From a bacterium (lineage in GTDB: Bacteria; SM23-81; DAOVCL01), in NCBI GenBank assembly GCA_029932675.1, contig JAOZPP010000004.1, positions 12,157-76,156 of the forward strand: a DNA stretch of 64,000 nt, read 5' to 3'. This document shows, piece by piece, positions 47,470 to 55,595 of this stretch (its first letter is position 1; each line of letters begins with the position of its first letter). Made by a program: the position numbers and the translations under genes. A model generated the notes under the pieces. It was given only the letters and a program-made list of their open reading frames with translations, made no database searches and was not told the DNA's origin.

Positions 47470-49158
47470 ATGACGAGAAAAGAAATACAAAGGCTTATCA
47501 AGCAACCTGAAGGACAATTCTTTGAGAAGAAGAGTTGCCTCGAAAAGAAAGCGGATGGAAGAACAAGAAGCCGTAAGGCGAAAGATGTAGCTAAGGATGT
47601 GGCAGAGACTTTATCAGCTATGGCTAATGCTGATGGAGGTTCGCTAATCCTCGGTGTGGAGGATGATGACACAGTCAGCGGTGTTAACCATCCCAGCGAC
47701 CGTATCCAAGTTATTGAGAAAGCTCCTTTGAATCTTGTTAGACCACCACTGAAAACGACTGTAGCGAGAACATATATTCAAAAGCAAATGTTACTGGTAT
47801 TCAGTGTTGACTGGAGTCCAAAGGTTCACCAGCTCACCGATGGTAGATACCTGCTCAGGGTTGGTGACAGCAACATACCATTTCCTGCAAAGGATATTGA
47901 GGCCATCAAAAGGTCTAAATTACAAGCACTATGGGAAAACCAAATTGTTGAAGGAGCAACTGTTGAAGACCTCGACCATGAGCTTATGAGAGAATTAGCA
48001 AGCAAAGTTGGGATAAACGCCAACATAGAGAAATTCCTGCAACACTATAAGCTTATTGAGTATTATAACCGCACAATAAAACTAAAACGGGCTGCACTGC
48101 TTTTGTTTGGGAAAGACCCACTAAGGTGGCATCCGCGTTGTGGTATAGATTTTGTGAAGTTCGAGGGAACAGAAAGGAAGTATGGAGGGGCGCTTAATAT
48201 TGTGAAAAGAGAAAGAATCGAGACCCCACTTGTTTTACTTATCGAAGAGACCTACAAGGTAATCGCCCCTCATATCAAGGAAAGGCAGATTCTACACGAT
48301 CTATTTTTCGTGGAGCAGCTTGAGTATCCATCCTTTGCCTGGCAGGAGGCAATAGTCAATGCTGTAGCTCATCGAGATTACAGTATATTAGGTCTTTCCA
48401 TTGAAATATGGATGTTCGATGACCGGATCGAAGTGAGAAGCCCTGGGCTGCTCCCTGAGCCTGTAACTATTGAAAGACTTCTTAAAAGGGAGCGTATTCA
48501 TGCAAGCCGCAATCCACTAATTGTCAGAGTCCTGACAGATTTGGGGTATATGCGTGAGATGGGAGAAGGAATCCCAAGAATGTTTGAAGAGATGGAGAAA
48601 AACGGACTCTATTCACCAGAACTAAGGATTGAAGCCGATTCCATATTTACTGTGGTTTTGAAGAATCAACCCGTTTATACTCCGGATGATTTGCGATGGC
48701 TTGAAAGGTATTCAACTATCCCTTTGAGTTCGAATCAGAAAAGGATTTTGCTCTTTGCAAGAGTTCATGGAATGCGCTTTACGAGTCGAGATTACCAGAA
48801 GATTTGTAGTGTAGACATCTATTCAGCATCACGTGATATCAAAGATCTTATGAGAAAGGGCATAGTACGCTTACAAAAGAAGGGTGGAAGAATTTATGAG
48901 ATATTGGAAGGCAAGGAAGATGAGTTTCCTGAATTTCCCGAAGGGTACCTTGAAGTAAGAATGATTGTCGAAAGAAAGGGATATGTAAAAAACGAAGACT
49001 TGAGGGGTGTTTTGAAGCTATCAAGAGTTCAAGCCAAGTGGTTGTTCCAAAAATACTTAAATTTAGGTCTTTTGAAAATGGAGGGTCAGGGGCGGGGGGC
49101 AAGGTATGTTCCGACAGAAAAATTCTGGAAGACGAGAAATGGACAATTCAAAAAATAA
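47470..49158 (+). CDS. AlbA_2 (Schlafen-like) / HATPase_c_4 / winged-HTH protein ('RecG-like' putative regulator family)
   Basis: 562 aa with E.QFFEKKS.., AKDVAETLSAMANADGGSLILGVEDD and AWQEAIVNAVAHRDYS..IEIWMFDDRIEVRSPG, plus two C-terminal wHTH-like segments. Confidence 0.75.
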   Translation: MTRKEIQRLIKQPEGQFFEKKSCLEKKADGRTRSRKAKDVAKDVAETLSAMANADGGSLILGVEDDDTVSGVNHPSDRIQVIEKAPLNLVRPPLKTTVARTYIQKQMLLVFSVDWSPKVHQLTDGRYLLRVGDSNIPFPAKDIEAIKRSKLQALWENQIVEGATVEDLDHELMRELASKVGINANIEKFLQHYKLIEYYNRTIKLKRAALLLFGKDPLRWHPRCGIDFVKFEGTERKYGGALNIVKRERIETPLVLLIEETYKVIAPHIKERQILHDLFFVEQLEYPSFAWQEAIVNAVAHRDYSILGLSIEIWMFDDRIEVRSPGLLPEPVTIERLLKRERIHASRNPLIVRVLTDLGYMREMGEGIPRMFEEMEKNGLYSPELRIEADSIFTVVLKNQPVYTPDDLRWLERYSTIPLSSNQKRILLFARVHGMRFTSRDYQKICSVDIYSASRDIKDLMRKGIVRLQKKGGRIYEILEGKEDEFPEFPEGYLEVRMIVERKGYVKNEDLRGVLKLSRVQAKWLFQKYLNLGLLKMEGQGRGARYVPTEKFWKTRNGQFKK

Positions 49159-49215
49159 AATGGACAGCTCTGCGTTTCTTAAGATCCATTTTTTAAGATG
49201 TCCATTTTAGGCAAG

Positions 49216-49329
49216 ACACCTTAGCAGTGGCAATTGAGAATCTACTTGATACAGATTGGCGAGAGAAATTGAAATCTCTTGGCCTTGAGAGGTTTCTTGA
49301 TTTCTTGGGCACAGAAAGGTTCGCACAGA
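49216..49329 (+). pseudogene. duplicate of the 5' end of the DUF2851-like gene (fragment)
   Basis: 114 nt with 4 mismatches to 42421..42534. The frame ends shortly afterwards. Confidence 0.75.
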
Positions 49330-49330
49330 G

Positions 49331-49494
49331 GATTATCCAGACGACAAACCTCACCCAAGTGCACTCTTCTTAGGTTGGATTAAAAGCAAGCCCTTGCATG
49401 TTTTAGCTGCCTTAGATGAAACCAATGAATGGGCTTACATTATTACCGCATATGAACCAAGCCTTGAATACTTTGAGCCTGATTTGAAAACAAA
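49331..49494 (+). pseudogene. C-terminal fragment of a DUF4258-type toxin
   Basis: It reads DYPDDKPHPSALLLGWIKSKPLHVLAALDETNEWAYIITAYEPSLEYFEPDLKTK, with no start codon or N-terminal part. Confidence 0.5.
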
Positions 49495-49566
49495 GAACAA
49501 CTTGAAGTTTACCGGGCAGTGGGGGAGTTGGTAAAGAACAGGCTCGTTAAGGTGAGGAGTGTGTGA
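49495..49566 (+). pseudogene. orphan methyltransferase 3' tail (relic 3)
   Basis: It reads EQLEVYRAVGELVKNRLVKVRSV* and is near-identical at the DNA level to the end of relic 1. Confidence 0.7.
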
Positions 49567-49593
49567 TATGGATGCAGTAAAAATGATTAACCC

Positions 49594-49791
49594 TTGCTCC
49601 GAGTGATGTTATCATCCCCCAGGTACAGATCCTATGATCGAACGGGGAAGGGAAAAATAACCAGCGGCGAGATACAGAAGATGTTCGATGTTAGTAGGGA
49701 TACAGCAAACAGGTATTTGAAGAAGTTATCAAAGCTGAAGTTGATAGAAAGGCACGGAGAGGGTAGATCCACATATTACGTTCTTAGTTAA
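49594..49791 (+). pseudogene. wHTH C-terminal fragment of an AlbA_2/HATPase_c_4-family gene
   Basis: GKITSGEIQKMFDVSRDTANRYLKKLSKLKLIERHGEGRSTYYVL resembles the tail of that family. It has a TTG 'start' and no upstream domains. Confidence 0.4.
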
Positions 49792-49792
49792 C

Positions 49793-49814
49793 TTGCGTCA
49801 GATTTGCGTCAGAT
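49793..49814. repeat. 11-bp tandem repeat TTGCGTCAGAT x2 at the right edge of the island
   Basis: Read directly from the sequence. Confidence 0.8.
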
Positions 49815-49955
49815 TTTGGCTGGGTTTAAAGGAGTTCCAGCAGAGGGGAATTGGGAGATCTTAATTTCTTAGGTGCAGAAAAACCTAAGAGGTTTCTGCA
49901 CCATCATTTCAAATACACAAAAGCTCATTATTAACCTAAAAAGGAGGTCAACAAA

Positions 49956-51083
49956 ATGGCGACAAAGCAGGCAGATCTGGCTGGACCGGGCATTGGCGAT
50001 TACAATGAATTGGAGAAGATACTCCCCCAGGATTATAGTTCCCTGCTCACCCCTAAGGAGACGCAGAAGGCAATCTTTGCCGTGAAGAACTACATCGAAG
50101 AAAACCTCTGCAAGGAGCTCAATTTGATGATGGCCACCTGCCCTCTCATCGTCGATGTGGAAAGCGGAATGAACGACATGCTCGATCGCGATGGCTCAAG
50201 AACTCCCATAGAGTTCCCTTGTGGATTGGGGCTCGAAAAGCCAATCAGGGCTTCCATAGTTCAGGCGGCAACCAAGTGGAAGAGGTTTGCCTTAAAGGAG
50301 TTCGGCTGTAAGGTTGGGGAAGGCATCTGCACTGATATGCGTGCTGTGCGCAAGGATTATTTCCTTGATCACGACCACAGCGCCTATGTGGACCAATGGG
50401 ACTGGGAGCTGGTAATCACTGAAGAGCAACGGAACCTCAATTTCCTGAAGGAAGTGGTCAGGAAGATCTGGAAGGTTCTCAAGGGCGCAGAGACCTATGT
50501 GCAAGAGCTCTTCCCCCAGTTAAGGACGGACAGATATCCCGACCTTCCCGACGAGCTCACCTTCTTGCACGCAGAAGATATCCTTGACTGGTATCCAGAT
50601 CTACCCCGTAAGGCACGGGAGACGGAGGTCCTGAAGAGGCATCCAGCGATCTTTATCATCGGTGTGGGTTGGCCCCTCAAGGATGGGTATCCCCATGAGA
50701 TGAGGGCGGCAGACTATGATGACTGGATCACGGAAACGGTCTCCGAGGATGGCAGACCGATGCATGGCCTCAACGGGGATATTCTGGTGTGGAATCCAGT
50801 GACAAAGCGCCGTCATGAGCTGACATCGATGGGTATCCGCGTTAACGCCGAAACGCTGAAGAAGCAATTGGAGATGTCCGGTCAGCTTGATTTCCTCAAG
50901 TACCCCTATCACCAGGGGATCATTAACAACGAACTTCCCCTTACCATCGGCGGGGGTATAGGACAGTCCCGCACCTACATGCTTCTACTGAGGAAAGCCC
51001 ACTTGGGAGAGGTAAGCGTCACCGTATGGCCGAGGATACTCAAGGATATGTGTGCCAGAAAGAACATCCATGTGTTGGAGTGA
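49956..51083 (+). CDS. asnA: aspartate--ammonia ligase
   Basis: SAYVDQWDWE, LNGDILVWNP, LTSMGIRV and GGGIGQSR(T/L)..LLL blocks align with E. coli AsnA. Confidence 0.9.
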   Translation: MATKQADLAGPGIGDYNELEKILPQDYSSLLTPKETQKAIFAVKNYIEENLCKELNLMMATCPLIVDVESGMNDMLDRDGSRTPIEFPCGLGLEKPIRASIVQAATKWKRFALKEFGCKVGEGICTDMRAVRKDYFLDHDHSAYVDQWDWELVITEEQRNLNFLKEVVRKIWKVLKGAETYVQELFPQLRTDRYPDLPDELTFLHAEDILDWYPDLPRKARETEVLKRHPAIFIIGVGWPLKDGYPHEMRAADYDDWITETVSEDGRPMHGLNGDILVWNPVTKRRHELTSMGIRVNAETLKKQLEMSGQLDFLKYPYHQGIINNELPLTIGGGIGQSRTYMLLLRKAHLGEVSVTVWPRILKDMCARKNIHVLE

Positions 51084-51110
51084 GGGGAGAGGATTCCTCG
51101 TCAAAAGGGC

Positions 51111-51150
51111 AGAGGGAAGGTGGCAGACCTTTTTCCACCACCTTCCCTCT
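51111..51150. terminator. 13-bp-stem hairpin AGAGGGAAGGTGG-loop-CCACCTTCCCTCT between convergent genes
   Basis: Perfect stem with a 14-nt loop and no clear U-tract. It lies between asnA (+) and the DUF192 gene (-). Confidence 0.4.
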
Positions 51151-51226
51151 GGGAAACTTAAAGTGGGATCAAACTTTAGGAGGATGGAATTCGGTTAGCT
51201 TCCCACCCCTTAAGAGAGGAATTCCA

Positions 51227-51670
51227 TTAAAACCTTATCCGATCCCCCACCTTTATCCCATTTCTCTTAAACCAACCCTTGTTGGCCTCCAAGGCGTAGA
51301 GGATAGGCCCAATAGGCATATGAGGGGTAGTATCCAGGGGATCCATCTCATCGATTTGGATTATCTTCAGCTCCCTACTGATGAAGGCAATGCTTAAGGG
51401 GATGTAAGTGTTCTTCATCCAAAAGGGATGGTAACCCTCCTGGGGAAAGACAAAGAGCATTCCCTCATCCTGGGGAAGGTTCTTCCTAAACATCAGGCCC
51501 CTCTCCCGGGCCTGCGGGGTTTGACAGACAATCACCCTCAAAGGGTGGCCAGCAACCATGACCGTTGTCCTCTCCGGAAGGGTCTTCACACCCTCCTCTT
51601 CCTTGCCGCATCCGGCAATGAGGAGGAGTGCCAAGAGGCTGAGTGCAAGAGGCTTCACGATGGTAGCCAT
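51227..51670 (-). CDS. DUF192-domain lipoprotein
   Basis: It has the lipobox LLLIAGC and the DUF192 pattern ..ARERGLMFRK.L..DEGMLFVF......FWMKNTYIPLSIAF. Confidence 0.75.
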   Translation of the reverse strand: MATIVKPLALSLLALLLIAGCGKEEEGVKTLPERTTVMVAGHPLRVIVCQTPQARERGLMFRKNLPQDEGMLFVFPQEGYHPFWMKNTYIPLSIAFISRELKIIQIDEMDPLDTTPHMPIGPILYALEANKGWFKRNGIKVGDRIRF

Positions 51671-51699
51671 TAACTACGGGGCTCTAAATCACTAAGGTT

Positions 51700-53046
51700 T
51701 TACTCGGTCTTCCCGGAGAAGTTGAAGTCCCTGATCAGGAGGGCGGGGACTACCGCGGCCCCCACCTCCTCCCACCAGGCATTGATGGCCTTTCTTTCCT
51801 TAGATACCACCTCCACATTGGAGAAAGCCTTGAGCATGCTCTCCGTAAACCTTAAATTCTCAATAGGGTACTTAACCTTTCCATCCTCTACAAAAAATGT
51901 CCCATCTCGAGTCATCCCAGTAAAGAGGGCCTCCTTGGTATTTAGAAGGCCGTTGACATAATGGAAACGGGTGACCAGGATTCCTCTGCCCAGCGAGGCA
52001 ATCATCTCTTCCTCTCTCCCGTCGCCTGATTTAACGAACAGATTCAGCGGCATTGGGCCAGACCGCGAACTGGGGGGGAGGGCATGGCCAGTGGAGGGCT
52101 TCCCCTCTCTGTTTCCAGTCACCGAATCATAAACTACCCCCTGAGCAATCCCCTCTTTTACAAAGAAGACCCTCTGCTTGGGGACACCTTCAAAGTCAAA
52201 GGGCATTGCTACCCCTGCCGGATCGTTACCATCATCGTAGATGGTAACCTTTTCAGACATTATCTTCTCCCCCAACCTACCACTGAGAAAGCTTGTCTCC
52301 TCCTGAAAGCTCTTCGCCCCGAAGCCAATCATACTCATCCATTCCATTAGTTCCCCCACCGCCGGGGGTTCCAGGAGGACATCATACCTCCCCTCCTTTA
52401 AGGCCCGCGGATGCCTGCTCTCCAGACACTTCTTTATGGCCACCTCCGCTAAACCATCTATATCCAAAGTCCCTATATCTCGGCAGAGAAAATCAGCATA
52501 ACCTGAACTATCCGCAGAACTAACCACCATCCTCAAGGTTGCCGCGCTGAGGGGCTGATAGGCAGCCAGTCCCAGGCTATTCAGCACCGCAATCTCACCA
52601 CAACCAGTGGATAGGGCGCCAGCAACGGTCAAGCCCTGAGCCTCAACCTTATCAAAGACCTTCCTCACCATCTCAGCCCTCTGCTCCGGGGTGAAATTGG
52701 CCGTCTCCTCAAAGAAGGTGTTCACCTCCTTGTATTCCCCCGGAGAGGGGAGAGAGCTGAAATGGGGGGTTTCCACTTGATGCTTGGCTATCTCCACAGC
52801 TTCCTTAAGGGCTTCCCTCAGCTCCTCCTTATTTAGGGAGTTGGTGGAAGCAACCCCGATCTTCTTTCCCAAAGCAACCCGGAAGGTAACATCCGTATCC
52901 CTTTCCGCCACATTCTGGTGAACGGAGTTGTTGGTAAACCTGGTAAGACCCCTTTGACTGCCGATAAAGATGGCCTCAGTCTGATCGGCCTGAGCGGAGG
53001 CCAGAATCTCCTGCAGGGTCTCAAAAATCCTTTCTTTCCCAATCAT
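51700..53046 (-). CDS. pmbA: TldE/PmbA-family metalloprotease subunit
   Basis: 448 aa of the PmbA_TldD family, overlapping tldD by 4 nt. Confidence 0.85.
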   Translation of the reverse strand: MIGKERIFETLQEILASAQADQTEAIFIGSQRGLTRFTNNSVHQNVAERDTDVTFRVALGKKIGVASTNSLNKEELREALKEAVEIAKHQVETPHFSSLPSPGEYKEVNTFFEETANFTPEQRAEMVRKVFDKVEAQGLTVAGALSTGCGEIAVLNSLGLAAYQPLSAATLRMVVSSADSSGYADFLCRDIGTLDIDGLAEVAIKKCLESRHPRALKEGRYDVLLEPPAVGELMEWMSMIGFGAKSFQEETSFLSGRLGEKIMSEKVTIYDDGNDPAGVAMPFDFEGVPKQRVFFVKEGIAQGVVYDSVTGNREGKPSTGHALPPSSRSGPMPLNLFVKSGDGREEEMIASLGRGILVTRFHYVNGLLNTKEALFTGMTRDGTFFVEDGKVKYPIENLRFTESMLKAFSNVEVVSKERKAINAWWEEVGAAVVPALLIRDFNFSGKTE

Positions 53047-54482
53047 CTCTTCACCCCCACCTTCACTTTTCTAAACCTTGCTGGTGCTGTTCCATGGGCA
53101 ACCCTCATAATCTGGCTGGGCTCCCCCTTTCCACAATTGGGGACACCCCAGATGTGCCATGAATCCCTGTTGCAGATAGCATCACAGCTTCTCCAGAACT
53201 GAGGAGTGATGCCCGTGTACACAGGATTCTTCACCATCCTCACCTTCTTCCCCCTTTTTATCTCCCATCCGATCTCCGTCCCGAATTGGAAGTTCAACCT
53301 TTGGTCATCTATGCTCCAGCTCTTGTTAGTCTCTAAGTAGATCCCCTCTTTTGTATCAGCGATGAGGTCCTCCAGGCTCCACTCACCCGGTTCTAAATTG
53401 ATGTTCGTCATCCTGATAAGAGGAATTCTGTTCCACCCATCAGCCCTCATCGTGCCATTAGACCTCTGGCCAAGGAAAAATCCCGTCTCCCGGGAGGTGA
53501 GATAGCCAACAAAGACACCTCTTCTCACTAAGTAGGTCCTTTGGGCCTTTACCCCCTCATCATCGTAGCCAAACGTCCCTAATCCCCCCTCCAAGGTGGC
53601 ATCTGCGGTGATATCCACCAGATTTGAACCATACTGGAATTTGTTCAACTTGTCTAAGCTCAAAAAACTTCCTCCGGCATAGCTTATCTCAGTGCCCAAA
53701 ACCCGGTCCAACTCGGTGGGGTGGCCGCAGGACTCATGCACCTGCAGGGCCAACTGGGAGCCATCAAGGATTAGATCCACCTCCCCCTGGGGACATTCAG
53801 GGGCAGAGAGGAGGGCAGCAGCTTCATCCCTTATCCTTTCGGCATTCTCTATTAACCCCATCTCCCTGATGAATTCATACCCCTTGCTGGCAAAGTCCCC
53901 TCCGGCCGAGTTTGGATAGCTTCTCCTTTGGGCCTGTTGACCATCAGAGGCAGTGGCAGAAATTCCTCCCCCACTATGGGTGATCGTCTGCTCAATCTCT
54001 GCCCCCTCCGTGTTGAGAAAGAGCTTCCGCTCCCGATGAAAGGTCAAAGAACCCACGGCGACCTTTATCTTATCCCCTCTCATTGCCTCGACAGCCTTCA
54101 TCAGAAGCTCGATCTTTTCCTCTAAAGGGACGGCAAACGGATCTTCCAAGTAGTTAGTCTGGTAACTATCTACCCAAGGCTCCTCCTCACTTAGCTTGGA
54201 TCTCTTTTTGCTTACGGAAGCGCTGGCCGAAGCTATACGCAGGGCCTCAGAGGCCACCCTCTCCACCTCCTCGGGGGAAATCACTGCTGAGGAGGAAAAC
54301 CCCCAGGCTCCATCCTTAAGCACCCTGATGCCAAAACCGGAGTTCTGACTGTAGGATATGCCTTCCACTTCCCCATTTTTTACTCCTATCCTCTGAGAAT
54401 GGCTCTCCACTTTCCTCAAATCAGCGTAGTCAACTCCTTTCCTCTTCAATTTCACCAGACACTCTTTCATCAGGTCTTTCAA
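53043..54482 (-). CDS. tldD: TldD-family metalloprotease
   Basis: 479 aa with the HESCGH metal motif (VHESCGHPTELD) typical of TldD. Confidence 0.88.
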   Translation of the reverse strand: MKDLMKECLVKLKRKGVDYADLRKVESHSQRIGVKNGEVEGISYSQNSGFGIRVLKDGAWGFSSSAVISPEEVERVASEALRIASASASVSKKRSKLSEEEPWVDSYQTNYLEDPFAVPLEEKIELLMKAVEAMRGDKIKVAVGSLTFHRERKLFLNTEGAEIEQTITHSGGGISATASDGQQAQRRSYPNSAGGDFASKGYEFIREMGLIENAERIRDEAAALLSAPECPQGEVDLILDGSQLALQVHESCGHPTELDRVLGTEISYAGGSFLSLDKLNKFQYGSNLVDITADATLEGGLGTFGYDDEGVKAQRTYLVRRGVFVGYLTSRETGFFLGQRSNGTMRADGWNRIPLIRMTNINLEPGEWSLEDLIADTKEGIYLETNKSWSIDDQRLNFQFGTEIGWEIKRGKKVRMVKNPVYTGITPQFWRSCDAICNRDSWHIWGVPNCGKGEPSQIMRVAHGTAPARFRKVKVGVKR

Positions 54483-55417
54483 GAAACACCTCCATCTTTT
54501 TGGTTCTCCCCACCCCTAATCCTCATCTTAGACCTTAGTTGGTCAATAAGCTCCTCCCTTGAGACAAACTGGTTGGCCCTCTCACACGCCCTCTGTGCAT
54601 CCTTAGTGCCCAAATACTCCCAGATGAATCCGCAGGTGAAGAGATCACCGCACCCAGTGGGATCATCAAAGGGGGTGGGGTTGGGCGAAGGGAAGTAGAA
54701 GACCTTATCCCCTTCCAGGAGGATATTCCCTTGGGGCCCGAGGGTAACCAAGAGCAGGGTGGGCCTAAAAGATAAGAACCTCCTCCCCAACTCAAGAAAA
54801 TCCTCATCCCCCCTCAAGGGACCTCCCCAGAGTAGCTCGGCCTCCTGCCTGTTCATCTGGAGGATATCTGCCTGAGCAATCCACTCCTCGGCTTGAGGGA
54901 TTGGCCTCAGGAACCTCCTCCCTTGGGAATCGATGCCTAAGGTTAAACTGTGCAGATCCATATAGATTATCCCTTCGAATTCCCTGCGGATCCTCTTTAA
55001 AGCCTCCAACCCAATATCAAAGCCAGAGATAAAATTGACCAACAACAGATCTACTTGCAAGTAGGACCTTACATCATCATATTTAAGGGGAGGCAATCTC
55101 CCCTCCAGGGCCTCCCTCCTCCTCCCTGAGGACCCATATGTGATCACACAATGGTTGTTTTTGGCCTCCTTCTTCCTTATCCCCTCAGCTTTTATATTCT
55201 CAATTGAGGAGATAATCCCCATAACCTCATCCCAGCAGTCCTCTCCTAAGTTACTGATCGGATATAAGATAATGCCTCCTCGCCCCAAGTAAGAAAGGCC
55301 AAGGAGGTTATAGAGTATTCCCCCGTAACCTTCCCATCTCCCCCCTCGAGAGGAGAAGACCGTATCCCTATTTATGGTGCCCAATACAGCGACCCGAAAC
55401 CTCCCAGACATCCCCAC
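54479..55417 (-). CDS. PfkB-family carbohydrate/nucleoside kinase
   Basis: 312 aa with the C-terminal PfkB signature DPTGCGDLF. It overlaps tldD by 4 nt. Confidence 0.8.
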   Translation of the reverse strand: MGMSGRFRVAVLGTINRDTVFSSRGGRWEGYGGILYNLLGLSYLGRGGIILYPISNLGEDCWDEVMGIISSIENIKAEGIRKKEAKNNHCVITYGSSGRRREALEGRLPPLKYDDVRSYLQVDLLLVNFISGFDIGLEALKRIRREFEGIIYMDLHSLTLGIDSQGRRFLRPIPQAEEWIAQADILQMNRQEAELLWGGPLRGDEDFLELGRRFLSFRPTLLLVTLGPQGNILLEGDKVFYFPSPNPTPFDDPTGCGDLFTCGFIWEYLGTKDAQRACERANQFVSREELIDQLRSKMRIRGGENQKDGGVS

Positions 55418-55523
55418 TATGAACTAAAAAATTTCGATTACTGAAAGCAGCAATGTTACCCTTCCCAAAAAGTATAAGTAACCCCTCCCTAGATGTCAAG
55501 GGATTTGTTTCTGGGGATTTGAC

Positions 55524-55552
55524 TTGACAATGGATAAGGGCCTATCTAAATT
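55524..55552 (+). promoter_or_regulatory. sigma-70 promoter TTGACA-17-TAAATT
   Basis: The track ORF's 'start' at 55524 is the TTG of this -35 box. The real hutU ATG is 55596, after AAGGAGG. Confidence 0.5.
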
Positions 55553-55595
55553 AACCCCTGTAATACTGGAAATTGGCGTTACCAAGGAGGAAAAG

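Larger units (their letters stand above)
36680..49815 (+). mobile_element. about 13-kb mosaic defence/genomic island (no integrase, transposase or tRNA seen)
   Basis: All genes are on one strand. Hand counts give 25% G+C at 38221-38280 versus 55% at 33001-33060. The island holds RM, TA and helicase-nuclease genes plus gene fragments. Its left edge coincides with the truncation point of radC, and its right edge with an 11-bp tandem repeat at 49793..49814. Confidence 0.6.

Noticed and set aside
36680-49955. Looked for an integrase, transposase, tRNA/tmRNA target or terminal direct/inverted repeats that would define the island as an ICE, prophage or IS composite.
   Set aside because: None was found. 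There is no recombinase-like ORF on either strand, no tRNA-like sequence at either edge, and the left and right junction sequences share no obvious duplication.
51026-51397. 123-aa plus-strand ORF spanning the asnA end and the DUF192 gene.
   Set aside because: It overlaps the asnA 3' end in another frame. It crosses the convergent-gene hairpin and is antisense to the well-supported DUF192 lipoprotein gene.
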